A DNA stretch of 64,000 nucleotides, from the NCBI GenBank assembly GCA_965227515.1, contig CBDDFZ010000002.1, positions 1,120,001 to 1,184,000 of the forward strand, read 5' to 3'. The translations under genes and the position numbers were made by a program. This document shows, in pieces, positions 30,853 to 42,697 of this stretch (position 1 is its first letter; every line of letters starts with the position of its first letter). The notes under the pieces are model-generated. The model was not told the origin of the DNA. It did no database searches and saw only the letters and a list, made by a program, of their open reading frames with translations. The DNA comes from Alphaproteobacteria bacterium (GTDB lineage Bacteria > Pseudomonadota > Alphaproteobacteria > CALKHQ01).

Positions 30853-32281
30853 GGCTCAACATCTCCCCCTCGACGATGCAGACGGTGACCGACGTTCCTT
30901 CGTCGGTCATCTCGACCGCGATACTGCCCTGTTCGCGCAAGGCCAACTCGCGCACGGTCCACAATCCCAGCGCGCCGGAATCCGGAGGCTCACGCGCGGC
31001 CTCGCCGCATTGCAAGAAGTCCCGCCACGCTGCGGGAATGCCGGGGCCGTCGTCCTGCACCCGCAGCACCAGGCTGCCGCCCCGGGCCTCGCAGAACAGT
31101 CTCACTTCCCCGCCGACGGGCGCGGCGTTGGTGGCATTGATCAACAGATTAAGGGCGATCTGGCGCGCCGCACCGGCGGAGACGGCAACCGGCCGGGCGA
31201 CGCGGTTGTCCCACGCCAGTTGCAGCGCCTTGCGCCGGACTTGCGGACCGATCAGGGCCTTCAGATCGTCGATGGCGTCGGCGACCAGCCAGGGCGCGCC
31301 ATCGTCGCGGCGCCAGGCGACCAGCATGCCGCCAACCACGTCGCGGATGCCGTTGAGACCGCGCCGCAACAGGCCGATGCTTTCCCGGCGCGCCTCCGGC
31401 ACATCGCCGTGACGATCCAGTGTGTCGACCGCATTGAGCAGACCGCCGAGCGGGTTGTTGACCTCGTGCGCCATCGACGCGGCAAGCTTGCCCATCAGCG
31501 CGGCTTTTTCCTCCCGGGCCAGCTGGCCTGCCAGGCGTTCACGGTCCTTGGCGGCGTCCACCACGGCATTAAACCGCCGGTAGAGCGTCGCGTATTCCGG
31601 TGGCGCGGTCGCGATGTCGGCCTGGTCGACCGGCTGGAAACCGCCACTTGTCGCCAACTCGATGCGGTGCATGAACCGCTCGGCCGGAGCCACCATGTGG
31701 CGGACGACGACATAGCCTGCGCCTGCCATCAGCAGGGTCAGCACGGCATTGACCGCGATCAGCGTCAGCAGCACCTCGCGCCGCTCCGCCACCAGATGAT
31801 CGGTCTCGAATGCGATCGCTAATTGGCCGACCTGACGGCCGCCCTGGCGCAGCGGGATCATGCGGCCGACTGCGTTGGTGCCGTCGTCCAGCGAAATGTC
31901 GGCTGTGTCGGTGGCGCGAAGGATATCCGCGGGCGGCGCGGTTCCTACCGGAAAGTCCATCGGCCGGCTCGAGGCCAGGATCAGGCCGTTATCGTCGATA
32001 ACCATCACGAAGCTCGGCGGCAGCAGTTGCTGGCCCGCCATCACCCGGTCGATCAGGTCGAACGTCGACCAGATGTCGTGCTGCGCCACATGGGCCGATA
32101 CCGCAGCGGACAGGCTGGCGCCGGTGCCGTCGATCAGGCGTTCCAACTCCACCTGCTGGTTGGCCTGGAGCCGGTCGAGCACGCTGATCGAGGCAAGCGT
32201 GCCGACGGCGGCCATCAGAACCGCGACCACCAGTGGCACTGCCGCGAACAGGGGCATGCGGCGCATCACCGACCGGGTCAC
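30839..32281 (-). CDS. aioS: Sensor histidine kinase
   Basis: Two TM segments, AHEVNNPLGG H-box, NLLINA, DDGPG. Confidence 0.9.
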   Translation of the reverse strand: MTRSVMRRMPLFAAVPLVVAVLMAAVGTLASISVLDRLQANQQVELERLIDGTGASLSAAVSAHVAQHDIWSTFDLIDRVMAGQQLLPPSFVMVIDDNGLILASSRPMDFPVGTAPPADILRATDTADISLDDGTNAVGRMIPLRQGGRQVGQLAIAFETDHLVAERREVLLTLIAVNAVLTLLMAGAGYVVVRHMVAPAERFMHRIELATSGGFQPVDQADIATAPPEYATLYRRFNAVVDAAKDRERLAGQLAREEKAALMGKLAASMAHEVNNPLGGLLNAVDTLDRHGDVPEARRESIGLLRRGLNGIRDVVGGMLVAWRRDDGAPWLVADAIDDLKALIGPQVRRKALQLAWDNRVARPVAVSAGAARQIALNLLINATNAAPVGGEVRLFCEARGGSLVLRVQDDGPGIPAAWRDFLQCGEAAREPPDSGALGLWTVRELALREQGSIAVEMTDEGTSVTVCIVEGEMLSHDAA

Positions 32282-33162
32282 GACCGCGTCTCCACGAAAC
32301 GGCTGATATCGCCGATGCGGGCATAGTGTTCCGGCGTCACCGCCACGAAACGGTCAAACCGCAACAGGTCAAGCAGGCGGCGCCCCTCGTCGCTGTGTTC
32401 CATCTCGAGCAGGGCGGCGGCGATTGCCTCGACCTCCGGCTCATTGCGCCGTGTCGACAGGGCCGCGATCGGCGGGAAGCCGAACCATTCGGACCGCGCG
32501 ACCACCTGGCAGGCACTCGTCAGGTCCGGTTCGATCTCGGTCAGCAGTTCCCAGACATAGCCTTCCGCGCTGCCGCTATCGGCAAGACCCGCGGCCACGG
32601 CGCGGATCACGTTGCGATGCCCATAGGTGAAGAAGGTCTCGCGGAAGAACGAGGCCGGGGTCTCCCCCTGCTGCGCCAGCAGATAGCGGGTCACGAGATA
32701 GCCGGAGTTGGAATCCGGGTCGGAGAAGGCGTGGACGTGGCCGCGCAGGTCGTCCAACGAAGTGGCCGGCCTGGCGGCGTTGGCGACCAGATAGGACTGA
32801 TAGAGCGATTGGCCCCGGTAGACCGGTGCCGCGAGCAAGGCCAACTGGCTCGCAAACTGGATATAGGGGTAGCCGCAGATCCAGGCCGCGTGGATCTGGC
32901 CACTGAGCAGCAGCGTCATGATCTCCTGGTAGCTGCGCCGCTGCACCAGTTCGACCTGGCGGCCGGTATGCGCCTCGAGTGCCGCTCTGAAGTCGACCTG
33001 GAACTGCTCGTTGGAATCGAGCACGACGGGCGTGAGGCCGAAGCGGACCGGCGGATCGGCGCCGAGGGCGGGCCAGTAGGGTGCAATCGCGAAGGCTGCC
33101 GTGCCCGACACGAAGGCACGGCGCGACACAAGTGCCGGCAGCCGCTGGCTGCAGCTCGCCAT
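32278..33162 (-). CDS. aioX: Periplasmic arsenite-binding protein (PhnD fold)
   Basis: SRRAFV Tat-like leader, WICGYPY with the conserved Cys, DPDSNSG; GGAGG RBS. Confidence 0.9.
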   Translation of the reverse strand: MASCSQRLPALVSRRAFVSGTAAFAIAPYWPALGADPPVRFGLTPVVLDSNEQFQVDFRAALEAHTGRQVELVQRRSYQEIMTLLLSGQIHAAWICGYPYIQFASQLALLAAPVYRGQSLYQSYLVANAARPATSLDDLRGHVHAFSDPDSNSGYLVTRYLLAQQGETPASFFRETFFTYGHRNVIRAVAAGLADSGSAEGYVWELLTEIEPDLTSACQVVARSEWFGFPPIAALSTRRNEPEVEAIAAALLEMEHSDEGRRLLDLLRFDRFVAVTPEHYARIGDISRFVETRS

Positions 33163-33410
33163 CTTTTCCTCCCGCACGCCGGACCCACGGCTGCAGTTCG
33201 GCCCTGCGCATGGGCCGCGCCCGTGGGATTCCGGTGGCTGCCGCCTGCCGGCTTCGATACGCTTTCAGCGCGAGTGCCGGTCTCGAAACGACAGCTTGGG
33301 GTCATCGTGCCCGAAAATGCGGACTTGGCCAAGCCGGCTTGAAGCAGTCGACACTTCAGCCCGCCGCGCCCAACGATTTGCCGCCGCCGGACGGGCCGCG
33401 CCGCCAGCCC

Positions 33411-34127
33411 ATGGACTACGATCCGTTTGCCGGCGACACCACGCCGGTACCGTCGTGCTGGAACATGCAGCACCCGGAGTGGAAACACTTCGAGGGCGGG
33501 GCCTGGTATTCGCGCTGGATCGACGATCCAAGGGCCGAGCGCGGCCAGCGATTGGTCTTGAGGGTCGGCGCGGCGAACTACTGCGCGCGGGTATTCCTCG
33601 ATGGCCGGTTCCTCGGCCGCCATCTGGTGGGCCTGACCCCGTTCTTCGTCGACCTGTCGGCGCATATGGATGGGGGTCGCGGCCACCTGATGACCCACGT
33701 GGAGAACAGGCGCCAGCCCGACCGGCTCGCCGACCTGGTCGATATCGTCGGGGTCAACGAGTATTGCGGCTGGTACGACAGCGACCCGGACGACCTTGGG
33801 CGCCTGCTCGCGCGCTATGATCTGGGCAAGCCGCTGGTCATTTCGGAAACCGGCAGCGATGTGGTCGCGGGCCGGGAGGGCTCGGTCGGCGACCTCTATA
33901 GCGAGGCGTTCGGCGACGACTATCTCGCGCGCCAGATCGTGCAGGTCGCGGCCTCCGACGCGGTGAAGGGCTTCTGCCCCTGGTTGCTCTACGACTTCAG
34001 GACCGAGCGGCGGCAGAACACTGACCAGCGCGGCTACAACCGCAAGGGCCTGATCGCCGACGACAAGACGACCCGAAAACGCACCTTCGCGCGCCTGTCC
34101 GCCTTCTACCGCAGCAATCGGGCATGA
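33411..34127 (+). pseudogene. Glycoside hydrolase family 2 remnant with in-frame internal deletion
   Basis: GH2 N-terminal sugar-binding segment (VPSCWN...EGGAWY...GAANY...TPF) is joined directly to the C-terminal barrel segment (VNEYCGWY, KPLVISETG, PWLLYDFR, NRKGL). The 5' end is uncertain. Confidence 0.72.
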
Positions 34128-34162
34128 GCGTCAGGCATACGGTCATGGGCTTGTAGGGCGGT

Positions 34163-34252
34163 TGGCGGAGAGAGAGGGATTCGAACCCTCGGTACGCTTA
34201 CGCGTACAACGGTTTTCGAGACCGTCCCGTTCAACCACTCCGGCACCTCTCC
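34163..34252 (-). tRNA. tRNA-Ser(CGA)
   Basis: GGAGAGGTGCCGGAGTGG...ACGGT-CT-CGA-AA-ACCGT, long variable arm, GGTTCGAATCC, encoded CCA; 90 nt. Confidence 0.97.
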
Positions 34253-34457
34253 GCAAGGCCCGGCCCAGGCGCCGCTGGCGCCGTTGGCAAGGCGGGCGGA
34301 CCATAATGCAACGCGCCATCAAACTGCAACCTGTACCGGGGCACGTTAGCCGGGCCACCTTGCGATCGCCCTATTTGGGGTTCATGGTCGCGGGCTTCAA
34401 CCGCGTTGGCCGTCCAGGTGCCCTGGTGCGGCAGCGGGAATGTTTCAGGAGACCCCC

Positions 34458-35441
34458 ATGTCCGAACCGTCCCCCCACGCAACCGGCAGTGTCTTCCGTC
34501 GACTGCGCACAGCGGCCCTGGCGGTCGCGGGCGTGCTGGCCGGAGTCGGTGCCGGCGTCGGTGCCGGCCTCGGTGGTGGGGCGCCGGCGCTGGCTGACAG
34601 CCACGCGGCCGACCATCAGGTCTATGGCGACACCCTGATCTGGCGGCTGACCCCGCCGGATGGCGGCCCGGCCAGCCATATCGTCGGCACCATGCACGTG
34701 CCGGACGAGCGGCTGGAGCCCATCCTGCAGCGCGCGCTGGCCCAGCTTGACGGGGCTGACATGCTGATCGTTGAGGCCGACGTCACCGGCGAGGCCCAGA
34801 TGGCGATCGCCGCCCAGATGATGATGACCGACGGCTCCCAACTGGCGGACCTCATCGGCCAGCAGTTGTATGACCGCCTGGTGGAGATCGGCGCGGCCTA
34901 CGGCATGCCGTCGTTCTTTCTGCGCACCTTGAAGCCGTGGGGGGCGGCGATGCTGATCAGCGTGCCGCCGGAACAGATGACGCGGATGGCGGCTGGCGAG
35001 GAAGTGTTCGACCAGCGGTTGATCAGCGCGGCACAGGCCCAGGGCACGCCGGTGCTCTACCTGGAGGATATCCAGGAGCAGATCGACGCCTTTTCCGACT
35101 ATTCGCTCGATCAGCAGGTCGCGATGCTGGACTTCGCCATCCGCCTCTACCCGCAGCTCGATGGCATGTTCGCCCGCATGATGGAGCTCTACGTTTCCGA
35201 CGATCTGGCGGGCCTTGCCTATTTTGCCCTGGAGGAGATGACCGTCGACGACCCGGCATTGTCGGACGCGATCAGCGAGAACCTGATCTATCAGCGCAAT
35301 GCCAACATGGCGGAGCGGATCGCCGAGATGTCGGCGGGGCAGGCGGCGCTGGTCGGCATCGGCGCGCTTCATCTGCCGGGCGAGCGTGGGGTTCTGAACC
35401 TGCTGGCGGCCGAGGGCTGGACCGTCGAACCGGCGGAGTGA
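34458..35441 (+). CDS. TraB/GumN (TIKI) family protein
   Basis: Signal peptide, SHIVGTMH, LE..EQ, RNANM, GIGALHLPGERG. Confidence 0.88.
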   Translation: MSEPSPHATGSVFRRLRTAALAVAGVLAGVGAGVGAGLGGGAPALADSHAADHQVYGDTLIWRLTPPDGGPASHIVGTMHVPDERLEPILQRALAQLDGADMLIVEADVTGEAQMAIAAQMMMTDGSQLADLIGQQLYDRLVEIGAAYGMPSFFLRTLKPWGAAMLISVPPEQMTRMAAGEEVFDQRLISAAQAQGTPVLYLEDIQEQIDAFSDYSLDQQVAMLDFAIRLYPQLDGMFARMMELYVSDDLAGLAYFALEEMTVDDPALSDAISENLIYQRNANMAERIAEMSAGQAALVGIGALHLPGERGVLNLLAAEGWTVEPAE

Positions 35442-35481
35442 TTTTCCGGCACGTTCCGCGGCAAATCGGGGCCGTTTCCCG

Positions 35482-35509
35482 TTGACTTGAGATCGCCGCT
35501 ACGTATAGT
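35482..35509 (+). promoter_or_regulatory. Putative sigma70 promoter of rplU-rpmA
   Basis: TTGACT-N16-TATAGT. Confidence 0.55.
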
Positions 35510-35694
35510 GCGCGGCTTGCGCCGGCCAGCGCCGTTTGCGCATGTATCGGCATGTATTCAGTTCGGGGTTGCGCGGCCGGTTTTGTGCCGATGCGGCGAT
35601 CCGGGCGGAAACTCCAGGATCAAGGGCCCCCAGGACGATGGGTCTGGCACGCCACCGACGGCGTGCTCGGCGTGGCCCAGGGTGAGGACGAGAA

Positions 35695-36555
35695 ATGTAC
35701 GCAGTCATCAAGACCGGCGGCAAGCAATACCGCGTTCAGCAGGACGACCGCATCATGGTCGAGCGTCTGGCGGGCGAGGCCGGTCAGCGGGTGCGCCTGG
35801 GCGAAGTGCTGATGATCGCTGACGGCGAGGACATCACCCTCGGCGCGCCGATGATCGAAGGTGCCGCGGTGGACGCCACGGTGGTCGAGCAGGCGCGCGG
35901 CGACAAGATCATCGTGTTCAAGAAGCGCCGCCGGCACAACTACCGCCGGACCAAGGGCCATCGCCAGGACCTGACGTTGCTCAAGATCGACAGCATCATG
36001 GCCGATGCCTCGGGCACGCCCGCGCCGGAGCCGGCGGAGAAGGCGAAGCCGAAGCGCGGTGGTTCGAAGGACGCCACCAAGGACGCCAAGTCGGACGCGG
36101 CGACTCCGTTCAAGAAGTCGACCAAGGGCAAGGTGAAGAAGGACCAGGCGCCCGCCGAGGAGGCTAAGACCGAGGACGTTGCGGCCCAGGCTGCGGCGCC
36201 CGAGGCCGCCGCGCCTGCGACCGAGGCCCCGGAAGCGAAGGCCCCGGCCAAGAAGGATGCCAAGGCCGAGAAGCCTGCCGAGGATACTGCTGCCGAAGAC
36301 GTGGCCGAGTCCGAGCCGGCCGGCCTGCTGAGCGCGCCCGATGGCGACAAGGACGACCTGAAGAAGATCAGCGGCGTCGGCCCGAAGCTGGAAGGTGTGC
36401 TGAACGAGCTTGGCGTCTATCATTACCGCCAGATCGCGGCCTGGACGCCGGAGAATGTCGCCTGGGTCGACAACCGGCTGAAGTTCAAGGGCCGCATCGA
36501 ACGCGACGGGTGGATCGAGCAGGCCAAAGAGCTCGACGCCGGCAAGGAGGGCTGA
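35695..36555 (+). CDS. rplU: 50S ribosomal protein L21 with long C-terminal extension
   Basis: [14 protein letters not shown]...GHRQ core, then an A/K/E/P-rich linker and a [14 protein letters not shown] HhH-like domain. Confidence 0.95.
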   Translation: MYAVIKTGGKQYRVQQDDRIMVERLAGEAGQRVRLGEVLMIADGEDITLGAPMIEGAAVDATVVEQARGDKIIVFKKRRRHNYRRTKGHRQDLTLLKIDSIMADASGTPAPEPAEKAKPKRGGSKDATKDAKSDAATPFKKSTKGKVKKDQAPAEEAKTEDVAAQAAAPEAAAPATEAPEAKAPAKKDAKAEKPAEDTAAEDVAESEPAGLLSAPDGDKDDLKKISGVGPKLEGVLNELGVYHYRQIAAWTPENVAWVDNRLKFKGRIERDGWIEQAKELDAGKEG

Positions 36556-36559
36556 ACAG

Positions 36560-36829
36560 ATGGCACATAAGAAAGCAGGTGGCAGCTCCCGCAACGGGCG
36601 CGACAGTCCGGGTCAGCGGCTTGGCGTGAAGAAGTTCGGCGGCGAGCGCGTTGCGGCCGGCAACATCATCGTGCGCCAGTGCGGCACCAAGTTCCATCCG
36701 GGCACCGGTGTCGGCCTCGGCAACGATTTCACCATCTTCGCCACCACCGATGGCGAGGTGAGCTTCCGGCGCCGGGCCAAGGGCCGCGTCTATGTGTCGG
36801 TGACGCCGTTGGCGGAGGCCGCCGAGTAG
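36560..36829 (+). CDS. rpmA: 50S ribosomal protein L27
   Basis: [16 protein letters not shown]. Confidence 0.97.
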   Translation: MAHKKAGGSSRNGRDSPGQRLGVKKFGGERVAAGNIIVRQCGTKFHPGTGVGLGNDFTIFATTDGEVSFRRRAKGRVYVSVTPLAEAAE

Positions 36830-36857
36830 CGCCGCGCCCGCGCATCCAAGGTATTCG

Positions 36858-36891
36858 ATGGGGAATGGCGCGCCATTCCCCATTTTTCTTT
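36858..36891 (+). terminator. Intrinsic terminator after rpmA
   Basis: Perfect palindrome ATGGGGAATGGCG/CGCCATTCCCCAT followed by TTTTCTTT. Confidence 0.75.
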
Positions 36892-36928
36892 GTGTCGTCG
36901 TTTCTCGAGATCAGTTGTCGCTGATCCT

Positions 36929-39316
<2,388 letters not shown>

Positions 39317-39406
39317 CAATTATCCGAGGTAATGGTTTATTAGCCGGTCCTTGCCAGGATTTGGCACTGTGCAGTGATCGGTATTGTTGACCCGAGGCGA
39401 TAGTCC

Positions 39407-39787
39407 ATGAGCCAAGTCCAACTGAACGAACCCTCGATGGAACCGCCACCCGCGCCAGCTGAGCCAGTCGATGACAAGCGGCGCGAGACGCGCGAAAGCC
39501 CCGAGAGCGGGGTGATCGTTATCAATGACCGGCGGTACAACATCATCGATTGGAGTTCCTCGGCAGTGAAGATTGCCAGCTTCGAGGGCGATCCCACCGC
39601 GACCGAAACCCTTGATGCCGACGTGGAGATCGAGAGCGCGAGCGAGCGTTTCGCATTCCATTGCGGCTTGCGCCCGGTCTGGTTCGACAACGAGACTGGC
39701 GACATGGCTGCTGTGTTCGTGATGCTATCGCGCGAAAGCCGGGTCGCCATCGCTGACCATTTCGACGCCATGGGTAAGGCGGCCTGA
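39407..39787 (+). CDS. Hypothetical protein, degenerate PilZ-like
   Basis: KRRETR and DWSSSA resemble the PilZ RxxxR and DxSxxG motifs; size fits. Confidence 0.5.
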   Translation: MSQVQLNEPSMEPPPAPAEPVDDKRRETRESPESGVIVINDRRYNIIDWSSSAVKIASFEGDPTATETLDADVEIESASERFAFHCGLRPVWFDNETGDMAAVFVMLSRESRVAIADHFDAMGKAA

Positions 39788-39966
39788 CAGTCGCCGGTGC
39801 GGCCTGTCAGAGGCCGTGCCCACCATGCCGCCGTCGCGCCGATTTGCCGGTTGACAAGGCCGCGGGCGAACCCGTCTAAGAACATCGCTGAAATGTCGCG
39901 CCCGCCGGCGTTCATCGCGGCTGGCCGATGGCCCGCGTCCCTCGCACATACCACGGATCGCACGAT

Positions 39967-41502
39967 ATGAGCGCCAGTACGCCCTCCCGCCTCGCCAACT
40001 ACATTGCCGGCCTCGGTGGCAATGCGCCCGACTCGGGCGCCGCAGCCTATTACGCGTCGCTGGACCAGGTGGCGTCGGTGTCGCCGTCGATCGCGGCCTC
40101 GGTTGTCGACGAGCTGCGCGACCAGCGCGCCAACGTGAAGATGATCGCCAGCGAGAACTACTGCTCGCTGGCCACCCAGCTTGCCATGGGCAATCTGCTC
40201 ACCGACAAATATGCCGAGGGCAAGCCCAACGGCCGCTTCTACGCCGGTTGCGACAACGTCGATGCCATCGAGACCGAGGCCAAGGCGCTGGCGGAAGAGC
40301 TGTTCGGCGCCGACCATGCCTATGTGCAGCCGCACTCCGGCGTCGACGCCAATTTCTCCGCCCTGTTCGCGATCCTGTTCGCGCGGGTGCGCGCGCCGTA
40401 TCTGGAGAAGCTGGGCGACAAGCGGCCGGAGGAGGTGTCGGCTGAGAACTGGCGCGCGCTCAGCGCCGAGCTCACCAAGCAGAAGCTCCTGGGCCTCGAC
40501 TACTATTCCGGCGGCCATCTGACCCATGGCTACCGTTTCAACATCATCTCCAACCTGGTCGACGTGCACACCTATACGGTGGACCCGGAGACCATGCTGC
40601 TCGACTACGACGCGATCTGGCGGCAGTTGCAGGAGGTGCGGCCGCTGATCTTCCTCGCCGGCTATTCCGCCTACTCGCGCGCCATCGACTTCGCCAAGAT
40701 GCGCGATATGGCCGACCAGGTGGGCGCGGTCCTGTGGGTCGACATGGCGCACTTCGCGGGCCTGGTCGCCGGCAAGGTGTTCCAGGGCAACGAGGACCCG
40801 GTCGCCCACGCGCAGATGGTCTCCACCACCACCCACAAGACGCTGCGCGGCCCGCGCGGCGGCATGGTGCTGTGCCAGGACGAGTTCGCCGAGTGGGCGG
40901 ACAAGGGCTGCCCGACCAACCTGGGCGGGCCGATGGCCCACGTGATGGCGGCCAAGGCGGTGTCGTTCCGCGAGGCGATGAAACCGGCCTTCCAGGACTA
41001 TGCCGGCCGCATCGTCGAGAACGCCCGCGCGCTGGCCGAGGCGTGCGTCGCCAAGGGCATGAACGTGCTGACCGGCGGCACCGACAACCACATGATCGTC
41101 ATCGACATCGCCGACCAGTACGGGCTGACCGGCCGCCAGGCGGAGACCGCGCTGCGCGACTGCGGCATGACGCTGAACCGCAACGCGATCCCGTTCGACC
41201 GCAACGGGGCCTGGTTCACCAGCGGGTTGCGCGTCGGCACGCCGGCCACCACGACGCTGGGCATGGGCGCCGACGAGATGGCGGTGCTGGCCGACGTGAT
41301 GCACGGCGTGCTGGCCGCATGCACGCCCGACACGGTCAACGGCAAACCCAGCCGCGCCAAGGTGATCGTGGAACCGACCGCCGCCGCCAAGGCCCGCGCC
41401 CAGGTCAGCGAGCTTCTGCAGCGCTATCCGCTGTACCCGGAGATCGACCTCGACATCGCCTATGGCGGCGCGGACGCCGCTGCCCAGCGGGCTGTGGCCT
41501 AA
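39967..41502 (+). CDS. glyA: Serine hydroxymethyltransferase (long variant)
   Basis: IASENY, KYAEG, QPHSG, GGHLTHG, DMAHFAG, TTTHKTLRGPRGG, SGLRVGTP. Confidence 0.93.
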   Translation: MSASTPSRLANYIAGLGGNAPDSGAAAYYASLDQVASVSPSIAASVVDELRDQRANVKMIASENYCSLATQLAMGNLLTDKYAEGKPNGRFYAGCDNVDAIETEAKALAEELFGADHAYVQPHSGVDANFSALFAILFARVRAPYLEKLGDKRPEEVSAENWRALSAELTKQKLLGLDYYSGGHLTHGYRFNIISNLVDVHTYTVDPETMLLDYDAIWRQLQEVRPLIFLAGYSAYSRAIDFAKMRDMADQVGAVLWVDMAHFAGLVAGKVFQGNEDPVAHAQMVSTTTHKTLRGPRGGMVLCQDEFAEWADKGCPTNLGGPMAHVMAAKAVSFREAMKPAFQDYAGRIVENARALAEACVAKGMNVLTGGTDNHMIVIDIADQYGLTGRQAETALRDCGMTLNRNAIPFDRNGAWFTSGLRVGTPATTTLGMGADEMAVLADVMHGVLAACTPDTVNGKPSRAKVIVEPTAAAKARAQVSELLQRYPLYPEIDLDIAYGGADAAAQRAVA

Positions 41503-41511
41503 CTTTGAATT

Positions 41512-41641
41512 GTCGTCCTCGCCCTTGTGGCGAGGACCCATCGAAGTGCCGCGCGTGCCGCCGCCCGACAGACATAGCTGTTCTTGCAGTCCTCCGGCGC
41601 ACTGCACACAAATGGGCCCTCGCCACTAGGGCGAGGGCGAC
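41512..41641. repeat. REPIN/MITE-like element, family A, copy 1
   Basis: 30-bp inverted arms GTCGTCCTCGCCCTTGTGGCGAGGACCCAT, each arm a hairpin. Confidence 0.85.
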
Positions 41642-41754
41642 GGGTTGGCAAAATCGGCGGCACCGATACACGTCCCCGGAATTGCCACCCCATCTGGCGG
41701 TGCCGTGCGCAGCGGACTATTCTCGCCTGACAATCACGAACCCAGGAAACGCCC

Positions 41755-42693
41755 ATGCCGCCGCCCGCCCGTAAGGTCGTCATCACCTGTGCCGTCACCG
41801 GCGCCATCCACACGCCCACCATGTCGGACGCGCTGCCGATCACGCCCAACGAGATCGCCTCGGAGTCCATCGCGGCGGCGGAGGCCGGCGCCTCCATCAT
41901 CCACCTGCACGCGCGCAACCCGGAGGACGGCAGCCCGACGCCCGATCCGGCCGTGTTCATGGAGTTCCTGCCGCGCATCAAGCAGTCGTGCGACGCGGTG
42001 GTGAACATCACCACCGGCGGCGGGCTCAACATGACGCTGGAGGAGCGGCTGGCCGCCCCGATGCAGGCCGAGCCGGAGATGTGCTCGTGCAATATGGGCT
42101 CGATGAACTTCGGCATCTTCCGGGCCGCCAAGCGCTTCGACACATGGAAGCACGACTGGGAGAAGCCCTATCTGGAGCGCACCGACGACCACATCTTCAG
42201 GAACACGTTCAAGGACGTGACCTACATGCTCAAGCACCTGGGCGAGGGCTGCGGCACCAAGTTCGAGTTCGAGTGCTACGACATCGGCCACCTCTACAAC
42301 CTGGCCTATTTCCTCGACGAGGGGCTGGTGAAGCCGCCGATGCTGGTGCAGTCGATCTTCGGGATATTGGGCGGCATCGGCACCGGGCTGGAGAACGTCG
42401 CCTTCATGAAGCAGACGGCGGACAAGCTGTTCGGCGACGACTATGTGTGGAGCGTGCTCGGCGCCGGCCGCCACCAGATGCCGATCGCCACCCAGTCGCT
42501 GCTGCTGGGTGGCAATGTGCGCGTCGGCCTGGAGGACAGCCTCTACATCGGCCCCGGCAAGCTCGCCCAGTCCAACGCCGACCAGGTGAAGAAGATCCGC
42601 ACCATTCTGGAGACGCTGGACCTGGAGGTCGCGACGCCGGACGAGGCCCGCGGCATGCTGAACCTGAAGGGCGGCGATCAGGTCAATTTCTAA
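41755..42693 (+). CDS. Beta-keto acid cleavage enzyme (BKACE/Kce family)
   Basis: ITCAVTGAIH, HLHAR, NMGSMNF, EFECYD, RVGLED. Confidence 0.9.
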   Translation: MPPPARKVVITCAVTGAIHTPTMSDALPITPNEIASESIAAAEAGASIIHLHARNPEDGSPTPDPAVFMEFLPRIKQSCDAVVNITTGGGLNMTLEERLAAPMQAEPEMCSCNMGSMNFGIFRAAKRFDTWKHDWEKPYLERTDDHIFRNTFKDVTYMLKHLGEGCGTKFEFECYDIGHLYNLAYFLDEGLVKPPMLVQSIFGILGGIGTGLENVAFMKQTADKLFGDDYVWSVLGAGRHQMPIATQSLLLGGNVRVGLEDSLYIGPGKLAQSNADQVKKIRTILETLDLEVATPDEARGMLNLKGGDQVNF

Positions 42694-42697
42694 GACC

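Noticed and set aside
34540-34575. 12-bp tandem repeat (AGVG-like x3) in the TraB/GumN leader
   Set aside because: Short in-frame low-complexity expansion with no sign of phase variation.
39850-39966. ZTP or glycine riboswitch upstream of glyA
   Set aside because: The conserved aptamer sequences could not be found; only a TTGACA-like -35 element is visible.
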